Source: a virus
IMG/VR virus record: IMGVR_UViG_3300045044_000009
Location: 7,446 to 71,445 of that record
Direction: 5' to 3' (one strand)
DNA length: 64,000 nt
Under the pieces are notes generated by a model. It saw only the letters and a program-made list of their open reading frames with translations, was not told where the DNA came from and made no database searches. Both the position numbers and the translations under genes were made by a program. This document shows, one piece after another, positions 9,216 through 17,441 of the stretch; the stretch's first letter is position 1, and every line of letters begins with the position of its first letter.

Positions 9216-10723
9216 GGCTTCCTCGTTTGCTCGTATTTGCCGCTGCCGATGTCGGCGATGATCCGGTCACACTCGGCGCAGAAGTTCGGTGCCAGCGAAT
9301 GCATGACCGCGCGATACACCTTACCGCCAGGCCCGTTGGTCAGATCGACGTAATTGGCGAATGCTTCGGAGCACTTGGTGTGCGGTCGCGCTGCGTAATA
9401 GCTGTCCGCATGCCCCTGGCCGACCACGTTGCCGGTGAGCGACCCGATGAAGTCCTCGAAGTTGGTCCGCTCCTGACCGACCGCAGCGCCACGCGACACG
9501 TTGCGCCAGCCTGCCAGCGATCCGCCAGAGAGCACCGCATTCAAGGACGCGATACGCATCGGTTCGGACTGCGCGTGGATTTCCAAATCATCGTATGACA
9601 GACCGAGTTGCTTGGCGGTCTTCGACAACGCTCCCTCGGCCCCCACTGTCGGGAACATACCGCCCTTGCGATAGCGTTCGATGATGCTCGCAGCGTCCTT
9701 CTTGCGCGCCTCCTCGCCACGGATAAACGACAGCGGCTTCTTGTCCCAGCCAGTCTCCGGCGCGTTGCCGTAGTCCATCGCGTGACCGAATTCATGGCGC
9801 CATGTATTGGCGTTGCCCCGATCGGGTTGGCCCATACTGATCATGTGCTTATTCGCCATGTAGTAGGCCCCGGCCTTTTCCCGGTGGCTGATCTCGGTCA
9901 GCCTCGGCGTGCGCTGCACCGCCGCCATCGTTGTCCCGGACGCATTGCCCCAGGACTGCTCGTGATAGGCCCGCTCGCGCGGGAGCCAGTCCGTCCTGTT
10001 GGCGATGACCTCGGCGATGTTCTTCGGCGCATTCGCGATCGGCGGCGGTGGTTCCAGCTTGGGCGGCGGTTCGATCGCCCTCGGCGGCGTCTTCGGTGGC
10101 TCGGGTTCGCTCGGCGCAGGCGGCAGCTTCGGCGGCGTCCTGCCCGCCTCCTTGTAGATGTGCGCCACCAGCTTGCGGGCGTAGCCCTGGACGCCGCTGT
10201 GCTTCCACCTGGAAGCCATCTGCATGATCTGGACTTCCGCCTCGTGCGGATCTGTGCCTTTGTCCAGAAGCGCTTGAGCGAGCTGCGCCAGCTTCGGTGC
10301 CGCCGTCTTCGACCAGGATGACTTCGGTGGCGGCTCGGGGATCGGTGCCGCGTCCGGTCCCTCCTCCTTCGCCGCACGCGCCTCCCTGCCCGCTGCCGCC
10401 CGCTCCCTGCCCGCTGCCGCTGCCTCGGCGGCTCCCGCACCGCCTTCGCCCTTGCGGACGAACTGACCGCCCTTGCCAGAGCCTTTCATCCCTCGTGGAT
10501 GCTGGTTTTCCAGCCACGAGGCGTCGTCCTCGGTGTCGATGTCATCGTCCTGCGGATAGTCGATGTCCTCGGCGCTGGCGAATTGCTGGTCGAGCATCGC
10601 GCGCAGTTCTTCCTCGTAGGCGTCCAGGTCCTTCTGGAACTCGGCAAGCACCTCGGGTGGCACATCGACCTCTGTGCCCTCCGGGACTTCGATGTCGTCG
10701 GCGTCGGGCGCGTCGCTCACCAC
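9212..10723 (-). CDS. Virion-associated polyvalent-type protein with zincin metallopeptidase domain
   Basis: HEFGHAMD (HExxH, 9782-9796) plus distal SEAFANY; acidic N-terminus, HPR linker and Pro-rich spacer. Confidence 0.7.
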   Translation of the reverse strand: MVSDAPDADDIEVPEGTEVDVPPEVLAEFQKDLDAYEEELRAMLDQQFASAEDIDYPQDDDIDTEDDASWLENQHPRGMKGSGKGGQFVRKGEGGAGAAEAAAAGRERAAAGREARAAKEEGPDAAPIPEPPPKSSWSKTAAPKLAQLAQALLDKGTDPHEAEVQIMQMASRWKHSGVQGYARKLVAHIYKEAGRTPPKLPPAPSEPEPPKTPPRAIEPPPKLEPPPPIANAPKNIAEVIANRTDWLPRERAYHEQSWGNASGTTMAAVQRTPRLTEISHREKAGAYYMANKHMISMGQPDRGNANTWRHEFGHAMDYGNAPETGWDKKPLSFIRGEEARKKDAASIIERYRKGGMFPTVGAEGALSKTAKQLGLSYDDLEIHAQSEPMRIASLNAVLSGGSLAGWRNVSRGAAVGQERTNFEDFIGSLTGNVVGQGHADSYYAARPHTKCSEAFANYVDLTNGPGGKVYRAVMHSLAPNFCAECDRIIADIGSGKYEQTRKP

Positions 10724-10836
10724 CGTGGCTCCTCAGGGGCCACCTTGTCGGCGACAAGAAGCGCCATCGTCATGATCCCGATGAAGCCACCGGAGAAGAA
10801 AGCGGCGAACAGCCAGGGCCACCAGATCATCGGCAT
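10717..10836 (-). CDS. Small membrane protein (39 aa)
   Basis: Read by eye: MPMIWWPWLFAAFFSGGFIGIMTMALLVADKVAPEEPRW; its stop overlaps the start of the metallopeptidase gene. Confidence 0.4.
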   Translation of the reverse strand: MPMIWWPWLFAAFFSGGFIGIMTMALLVADKVAPEEPRW

Positions 10837-10936
10837 TCCTGTCGGTCAAAGGTCTCACCGGCAAACGCCTCACAGGAAGGGGCAAGCGGAGACTGTCTCG
10901 CACAGGCCGCGAGGAGACACAGGACCACGATCCATC

Positions 10937-11239
10937 TCATGGCATCTCGGTCCCGGAAGCGGCGGCGTAGAACGCCATCTCCGCGCCGAGGTTCACGCCA
11001 TAGTCCCGCTGGAACGTCTGCACGCCGGCCTGATGCAGCTTATCGTGGTGGTAGCGGCACAACGGCACCACGTCCTTGTCGGACGGCTTCAATGCGGTCC
11101 CGGCATTCGCGGCACTGCGGACATGATGCGCCTCGGACGGCCACCTGCCGCACTCGGGCACACAGCACGGCTGGTGCCTGATCCAGGCCAGATGGTCAGT
11201 ATTTGAACGAGCCGACGTAGGCTTTCTGCGCTGCCGCAT
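10937..11239 (-). CDS. DUF968 / HNH-like zinc-binding protein
   Basis: WIRHQPCCVPEC...EAHHVR...PLCRYHHDKLH pattern. Confidence 0.7.
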   Translation of the reverse strand: MRQRRKPTSARSNTDHLAWIRHQPCCVPECGRWPSEAHHVRSAANAGTALKPSDKDVVPLCRYHHDKLHQAGVQTFQRDYGVNLGAEMAFYAAASGTEMP

Positions 11240-13256
11240 TGTTATATCTCAGGTGTAGGTGGAAACCGTCATAGCGATAGATGTCGGCGGTCTTGGTGTC
11301 AGGGTTCAGGATGGTGGTCATCGTGATACCTTTGACCTTCGGACCATACTTCTTCTTGTATTCGTCCAGGACCGCCTGCTTGCGATCCATGATGGCTTGC
11401 AGCTTCTTTTGGTTCCACGCAGCCTTCTTCACCGGACTGGCTTTTGCCAGCCACGCGCGCTCGGCCTTCCCCGGCATGCCGATGGTCGCGCGCCACTTCT
11501 GCGCCCCCTTGCTGTTACTCACCAGCCCGGTCTTCGCCTCGATCAGCATGTGGTCGCCGATCAGGTCGACCGGGAAGTTCGTGGTCTTCAGGTTCAACGG
11601 CCTCGCGTCCTTCAGGCCCATGAACTGCTTCAGGTAATTGACGATCACCGCCTCGCCGATTTCGCCGGTCTCCAATTTGGATAGCTGCGTCTTGGTCGGG
11701 ATCGGCTCTCCGGTGAAGGCTCGGGTGCTAGTCTGTTTCAGGCTGCCGACCTGCTTCGCGAGTGCCGCAGATCGCTGCGCCGCCTCGGTGTGCTTGACCG
11801 CCGCCTCCTGGGCCTTGCCCGCCTGCTCGCGCGCCTCGGCCTTGCCCTCGCGGCCTGACGCCTCGCGCTCCTTCTTCGCCTGCACGCCCTCGCCGATGCC
11901 GCCGCCGGAGCCTTTGACGAACTCGCCGCCCTTGCTGGTCCCCTTGGCCCCGCGTGGGTGCTTGGTCTCCTCGAAGGCGTCTTCGGTGGTCGCCCCGCCG
12001 ATGATATGTGCCACGACATGCGTGCGACCGCCCTCATTGCTCTTGCTGGCGATCCGATACTGATGACCGCCTAGCAGGACTTCGTGTTCGTCGCGAGTGC
12101 CGCCCTGCTGCAAGCCCTGGACATACAGACCATGCGTGCCCTTCGGGGCATGCAATTCCAGGAGACCGGGATCGGCATAGTCCATATTGCCGTGCGCGAC
12201 CTCGTGAGACAGGCTGGTCGAGGTCATGCGCCGGTTGTTATAGGTCTCCCCGACCTTCATCCGCCGCAGCCGTGCGCCGAGCGTGCCGTGATAGAGCGTC
12301 GCGTCGACCGGCGTCCGCGCCTCGCCGATCGCTGTCGAGAGGTTCCGCCGCTGCGTGGGCGACAGGTAATTCGCCCCCCTGGTGTAGGTCTCCACGGCCT
12401 CGCGATGCTCCGGCGGCATCCTGGCGATGTGCGCCGCGGCGTGCTCTGCGAACTTGCCCGCTTGGTCCCGAGGATGTTCGCTCTCCTCGAAACCGTCACC
12501 AAAAGGGTGATCGATGTCCTCGTCCCACCAGGGATCGATGTCCGTCAGCCACTCGGGCCGGGAGAACTCGCGTTCGATGTCCAATTCTGCGTTGTGATAG
12601 CCCTCACGGAACCGCTCGACCTCGCCATGCTCGCCGACATGGAATTCGCCCATGCCGGTCTCGACATGGATGCGGTGACCGCTCGTGGTCTTCCCAGGAA
12701 AGTCCAGGTCGCCCGTGTAGACCGTGAAGCCGTCCATGATCGTGCAGCGACCGCCGCAGCGGCCTTCGTCCACCAGCGCCACATGGTTGCAGTGGATGTC
12801 CTTCTGCCGCCCGAGGCCCGGTGCCGTCTGCTCATAGAAGGCGTTGTATCCAACGCTGATCGCCCGCTTGCCGCCCTTCACGGCATCGATCCCACGCTGA
12901 CAGGTGAAGATCATGTCGGCGATCAGCAGATCGTCGTTCAAGTTCGTGCCCCGACGCGGGTTGCTCACATAGCCGATGGCGAGTTCGTGCCAGTTGCCCG
13001 GACCCACCGGCTCGGACGGATGGTCGTCGCAGATCGGTTTGCCGATGAAACTCTGGACGCTGGCAGGCTTGAACACCTCCGAGGCGTCCCGCGCGACATG
13101 CACCCTGCCGCCCGCGTCGCCTTGCAACGGCGGCACCTCGTGTTCAAAATAAATCTGCGTCCCGGTGCGGGCGATCGGCACATCACGGACGACCAGATAG
13201 CCTTCATCCGTCAGTTCCATGTGCGGCGACAGCCGGGAGACCGTGTGCCACTCCAT
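11196..13256 (-). CDS. DUF2213 (putative prohead protease) fused to an ADP-ribosyltransferase-like domain and a PD-(D/E)xK nuclease-like domain
   Basis: Likely start MEWHTV at 13256 after a GGGGG RBS. N-terminal TDEGYL..RDVPIARTG..Y / SVGY / NHVALVDEGRCG is DUF2213. LYHGT, STS and EHE form an ART core. GEIGE..PVDLIGDHMLIEAKTG is a restriction-endonuclease-fold motif. Confidence 0.8.
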   Translation of the reverse strand: MEWHTVSRLSPHMELTDEGYLVVRDVPIARTGTQIYFEHEVPPLQGDAGGRVHVARDASEVFKPASVQSFIGKPICDDHPSEPVGPGNWHELAIGYVSNPRRGTNLNDDLLIADMIFTCQRGIDAVKGGKRAISVGYNAFYEQTAPGLGRQKDIHCNHVALVDEGRCGGRCTIMDGFTVYTGDLDFPGKTTSGHRIHVETGMGEFHVGEHGEVERFREGYHNAELDIEREFSRPEWLTDIDPWWDEDIDHPFGDGFEESEHPRDQAGKFAEHAAAHIARMPPEHREAVETYTRGANYLSPTQRRNLSTAIGEARTPVDATLYHGTLGARLRRMKVGETYNNRRMTSTSLSHEVAHGNMDYADPGLLELHAPKGTHGLYVQGLQQGGTRDEHEVLLGGHQYRIASKSNEGGRTHVVAHIIGGATTEDAFEETKHPRGAKGTSKGGEFVKGSGGGIGEGVQAKKEREASGREGKAEAREQAGKAQEAAVKHTEAAQRSAALAKQVGSLKQTSTRAFTGEPIPTKTQLSKLETGEIGEAVIVNYLKQFMGLKDARPLNLKTTNFPVDLIGDHMLIEAKTGLVSNSKGAQKWRATIGMPGKAERAWLAKASPVKKAAWNQKKLQAIMDRKQAVLDEYKKKYGPKVKGITMTTILNPDTKTADIYRYDGFHLHLRYNNAAAQKAYVGSFKY

Positions 13257-13799
13257 GATGTCCCCCTTCCGGCGTCGTATCAGCGATCTTCTGAGGCGAC
13301 CGCGCACAGCGCGCTACGACCAGCCATGGCCGCCTGTGCGGCGTCCGCCGTTCTGGCCGTGGGTCATCGTCGCCGTGCTATTCGCGGTCGGTCTGGCGTG
13401 GACGATCTTTCGTGCTGTCACTCATGGTCTGTAGCCAGAGTGCCTTCGCCTGAGTGATCGCCGTCTCCCGCAGCACCTCCAGATGTTCGGCTGCTACCTC
13501 CCGGCCACTCGCTAGATACGGTGCCAGCATAGCTGCGTAGAGCGGCGCGGCGAGCAGACTGATATGCGTGGCGAAGTCGTCAGTCATCCTCGGGCACCGG
13601 ATCACCCCGCAAGGCCGCCGCCGCGCACTCATCAGCCGGCGCGAAGCGACCCTGGATATAGGCCAGCCAGCCGCGCAGCCGCTCAATCTCCAGTTTCTGG
13701 GCGTCGATCACCGCCCATGAGCCGGTGCCCGACATAGGTTTTGGCGGGCGCGATCCTCGCCAGAACCTATACTGTCTCGATGCAGCCACTGACCCGCCA

Positions 13800-14078
13800 T
13801 CAGTCGAAGCCACAGCGCTGGCCGGTCATCCGCTGCACCGCCTCCCAGAACGCCTGCGCCGCCTCGCTCATGGTCAGATTGGTCGGGATGCTGACCTCGC
13901 CGGTCTGCAAGTCAATGCTGATCCCGCATAGGCCGAGACGCAGATAGTTTGGTGGATTAGCTTGAATGGTCATGATCTCGTGCCTGGGGAAGACGTTCTG
14001 CTCAGCGATCAGCGTGGACGGCACATCCACAAATACCTCATCCCACTGATGGTCGTTATCCATGTCACTCACCTCCAT
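13800..14078 (-). CDS. Hypothetical protein
   Basis: 92-aa ORF; one of several small coupled genes between the PEP-CTERM gene and DUF2213. Confidence 0.5.
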   Translation of the reverse strand: MEVSDMDNDHQWDEVFVDVPSTLIAEQNVFPRHEIMTIQANPPNYLRLGLCGISIDLQTGEVSIPTNLTMSEAAQAFWEAVQRMTGQRCGFD

Positions 14079-14213
14079 GCGGCAGGCAAGCGGGATGCTC
14101 GCCTGCCCTCACCTGCGCGATGTCAGCCGCACCGCAATGGCTGTGCCAGTATGGATCGCGCCACGACACCGCCGCCATCGCGATCATCCCGATCGCAAAC
14201 ACCAGCAGGGCGA

Positions 14214-14921
14214 TCAGTGGTGATCGCAGACCCGGCCTCGCAGGCAACCGAGAAGGACTAGACCAACGCCGAGCAGCGCGAGGGACGCAGGCTCGGGCGC
14301 ACTGGTCTGCTGAACCTGGCAATCGACACCGAGCGTGCAAGCAAGGATGCGCGGCTGCTTCAGATCATTCCAGCCGAATTGCTGGGTGCCATTCTGCACG
14401 CTCTCGAAAATCTTCACGTCGGTGATCGCCTCGTTGGTGCCGCTCACCGCATCAACGCGGAAGAAGTTGGAACCCTGCGTCAACGTGTCAGTGAAGATGT
14501 TGCCGAAATTGTCCTCGGCAACGATGCCGACGATGCCTTCGCCAAAGTCCAGGTTGAAGATCATGGTGGTGGCCGCGACAGGCGCGACCATCCTGATCTC
14601 CAGTCCGGTCAACTGCGCACCGTTAGCGCCGCCCTGGCTGAATGGATTGCAATTCGCCGTGCAGATGATATCCGCCTGCCCCGCGCCGGTAGTGCCGATT
14701 TCCTCTGGACCGTAGGTCGAGCCGTTGCGGTTCAGGTTGAGGAACTGGACAGTGTTGGCACCCTTGTTGGTGTCGCCGCTGATGGTTCCCTGGTTCGAGG
14801 TGTGCTGCTCGAATTGCACGACATCGCCGGTCGATCCACCGGCGGCGGTGATCACAAGCGTAGCATTAGCGGCAGCAGGCAGCATGGTCGCGAAGGCACT
14901 GGCGAGTAGCAATCTGCGCAT
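14214..14921 (-). CDS. PEP-CTERM sorting-domain protein
   Basis: N-terminal signal peptide (MRRLLLASAFATMLPAAANA) and C-terminal APEPASLALLGVGLVLLGCLRGR. Confidence 0.85.
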   Translation of the reverse strand: MRRLLLASAFATMLPAAANATLVITAAGGSTGDVVQFEQHTSNQGTISGDTNKGANTVQFLNLNRNGSTYGPEEIGTTGAGQADIICTANCNPFSQGGANGAQLTGLEIRMVAPVAATTMIFNLDFGEGIVGIVAEDNFGNIFTDTLTQGSNFFRVDAVSGTNEAITDVKIFESVQNGTQQFGWNDLKQPRILACTLGVDCQVQQTSAPEPASLALLGVGLVLLGCLRGRVCDHH

Positions 14922-14937
14922 GGAACGTTCCCCCTGT

Positions 14938-16386
14938 TCACGGAGTGATCGTAAGCACCCGCACCGTCGCCGGCAAGGCGATCTGCAACGCGTCGGTGGC
15001 GCCGTGGTCCGTCTGCGCCCCAGAGAGCAGATCGGTCTCGGTGACGGTCATCCGATACGGCAGGGATACGCTCACCGTCTCCGCCTGTCCGCCCGCCTCC
15101 GGCTCGCTGTGCCAGAGGAACAGGGAGAACCTGCCGACGGCGCTCTCCGCCAGCAGCCAGTCGCAGCGCTCAGAACCTCCGGAGACCTGCACGTCCAGGC
15201 TGTCAGGCTCGAATGTCCGCCGCTCATCGTCCTTATCGGGGCAGGCGGTGCAGAGGTTGCGGATCGCCTGCGCAGCCGGACGTGGATTGCTGGCGTTCAC
15301 CGGGAACAGGCCGCAGATATACACCGTGCCGTAATCGAACAGCGCATACCACCACAGGCCGTCCACGCCGCATTTCGCCGCACGCAGCAACGCCAGCAGG
15401 GTGTAATACGCGTCCCGATCGCCGCTCCATGCCTGATTGACCGGAACCTCCGTCTTGCGTTCGCCGACCGCCGACTGACCCCGCTTCGGCCCCACGCGCT
15501 GCGCCTGTGCCGACATCGCTTGCGCCGATGGCTGATGGCCGTCCGAATTATACAGCGTCGGATGGAACTCGGTCAGCGCGATCACGTGCTGGCCATACGC
15601 CGTCCAGAGGCCGCCGACATATTCGCTGAGGCTGGTGCCGTCGCCCGTGAGATCGGGACAATGCGGCGGATAATAGTGGCCGTTGCCGATCGCCATCGCC
15701 TCGTTGACCTCGGCCATGCGGTCCCCGAAATAGCCGGTGATCCAGCCCTCCGGATGCGGCATCCCGGCGACCACGCTCGGCCCCATGGTCGGTGTGGCGT
15801 CCTTGTAGACCGCATGCTGGATCGCCATCGTCTGCTCGACCGGCACCATGCCTGAGCCGAAATCCGTGTTCGGCTCGTTCAGCCCCTCGAACCAATCGGC
15901 GAAGTCCGCCATCGACAGCATCGACGGCACATCATCCACGTTGCCGTTCGCCGCCACACAGAGGGTGATCCGCGTGTCCGGCAACGCCGCCCTGATCTGC
16001 GCCAGCCAGGGCTGCTGGAAGCTCTCGTATCCACTGTAGTGATACTCGCGCAGCCGCAGACTGTGCCCGCTGTCGTTGGTCATCCATTGCAGCGCAGCGA
16101 TCACCTGCTCCGGTCGATAATCGGCAGGCCAACTGCCCCAGCGATTATTTTCGTCCATCGAGGAGAACGTGTTGACGCCGAACGTCTCCACCACATCGGC
16201 GATGCGCATGGCCTTCGTGCCGGTCCCGGACGATGGCGGTCGGTCTGGCTCCGGTGGTTGCGGAGCGGTGCTGCCGTCCCCCTCCAACACCGCGACGCGG
16301 CCTTCCAGATCGTCCACACGGACGACCAGGGCATCGAACTCCTCGCGGGTCGGCACATCGACCTGCGGCGTCGGGCTGCGTGCCAT
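14938..16386 (-). CDS. Putative clan GH-A glycoside hydrolase with short N-terminal coiled coil
   Basis: EGLNEPN acid/base motif (15872-15880), later LTEFH candidate nucleophile, TIM-barrel-sized core and beta-rich C-terminus; N-terminal heptads REEFDALVVRVDDLEGRVAVLEG. Confidence 0.65.
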   Translation of the reverse strand: MARSPTPQVDVPTREEFDALVVRVDDLEGRVAVLEGDGSTAPQPPEPDRPPSSGTGTKAMRIADVVETFGVNTFSSMDENNRWGSWPADYRPEQVIAALQWMTNDSGHSLRLREYHYSGYESFQQPWLAQIRAALPDTRITLCVAANGNVDDVPSMLSMADFADWFEGLNEPNTDFGSGMVPVEQTMAIQHAVYKDATPTMGPSVVAGMPHPEGWITGYFGDRMAEVNEAMAIGNGHYYPPHCPDLTGDGTSLSEYVGGLWTAYGQHVIALTEFHPTLYNSDGHQPSAQAMSAQAQRVGPKRGQSAVGERKTEVPVNQAWSGDRDAYYTLLALLRAAKCGVDGLWWYALFDYGTVYICGLFPVNASNPRPAAQAIRNLCTACPDKDDERRTFEPDSLDVQVSGGSERCDWLLAESAVGRFSLFLWHSEPEAGGQAETVSVSLPYRMTVTETDLLSGAQTDHGATDALQIALPATVRVLTITP

Positions 16387-16390
16387 GGGT

Positions 16391-17269
16391 TCACTCCGTC
16401 ACGATGGGAAGCGCCACACACCGGCAGTTCCAAATCTGGCCGGGATGGCTGTGGTGGTCGGGCGGATCGGACAGCGGCGGATCATCCCAGCGCTGCACCG
16501 TGTTATTCAGCTTGCGATGGCTCTCCCGGACCCGCGCATCGCCTGCCGTCTTCCAGATATAGCTGTCCACGCCGATCGATCGCGCCCGCGCCTCGGTCAG
16601 CACGCTCGCCGTCCTGGCGGTCTCGGTGCGGGCAATCAGCGTGGCGCGGCTGCGCACCCATTCCTCCGTCGCCTTCGGATGCGCTTGCGCGAGCATGGCT
16701 TCGATTTCGGCCTGCTGCTCGGGATAGCGCGAAGCGTGGTTCAGCGCCTCGATGGTCCGTTCGTGGATCCTCTGTGCGGCTTCCAGCGGCAGGCTGGTGA
16801 TGAGTTGCACCTGATACGCCATCAGGGCCTCGACCATGCCACCGACATACGATCCGGTGCTGCGCAGTTCGGCCCGCAGCGCCGCCGACATGCCGCGCGT
16901 ATGCCGTTCCCAGGCGGTGCGGTTCCTGCGATCGACCTCAGCGATCATCCGTGCGGTCGCCGCTCTGGCCCACGGGGCGATGGCGGCGGAATACTGGCGC
17001 ATCGCATGGTCGATGCGGGCGATCTGACCGGGCTGGAACGGCTCTCCCGGTGGCGGTGCATGCGCCTCCACGATATGGGCGACGTGCTGTGCCAGACGAC
17101 GGAGCGCGGCACCGAAAGACCGCTGGGCGGCATGCTGACGGGAAAACCGCTCCTCGGCGCGCGCCTCTGCCTGCTCCCGCCGCTGGCGCTCGCGTCGCTC
17201 CCGTGGTGTCTCAGGACGCCGGGCCACTCTGCGGCACCTGATCCTTGTCATAGACCGAGACGCCGCCAT
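16391..17269 (-). CDS. Minor head / head morphogenesis protein (MuF, SPP1 gp7-like), short form
   Basis: RATLIARTET...YIWKTAGDARVRESH...HPGQIWNCRC motifs; no C-terminal extension. Confidence 0.9.
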   Translation of the reverse strand: MAASRSMTRIRCRRVARRPETPRERRERQRREQAEARAEERFSRQHAAQRSFGAALRRLAQHVAHIVEAHAPPPGEPFQPGQIARIDHAMRQYSAAIAPWARAATARMIAEVDRRNRTAWERHTRGMSAALRAELRSTGSYVGGMVEALMAYQVQLITSLPLEAAQRIHERTIEALNHASRYPEQQAEIEAMLAQAHPKATEEWVRSRATLIARTETARTASVLTEARARSIGVDSYIWKTAGDARVRESHRKLNNTVQRWDDPPLSDPPDHHSHPGQIWNCRCVALPIVTE

Positions 17270-17441
17270 CCAACGCCTGGATCGCCTTGCCCAGCCGCAT
17301 CGAAGCGTCTTCCAGGTGCCGATAAGCCAGCATGACGTTGGCGACGGCCTCGCCGTTCCATTCGTTCTGCACCAGAGGCCGCAGGCGATCAGCGGTGGAT
17401 TTGATTTCGCGCCGCAGCGCCTCGCAGTCCGCGACCTTCAT
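17211..17441 (-). CDS. Small helical-hairpin protein, possibly Acb2/Tad1-like
   Basis: 76 aa, two predicted helices; LAYRHLEDASMRLGKAI resembles the AxTxLEEAxMWxxxAI helix of Acb2/Tad1-type proteins. Confidence 0.4.
   Translation of the reverse strand: MKVADCEALRREIKSTADRLRPLVQNEWNGEAVANVMLAYRHLEDASMRLGKAIQALDGGVSVYDKDQVPQSGPAS

Noticed and set aside
12084-13457. 457-aa plus-strand ORF, and similar long antisense ORFs such as 14725-15855 and 16169-17335
   Set aside because: They lie opposite well-supported genes and read as low-information Arg/Ala/Gly-rich shadow frames.
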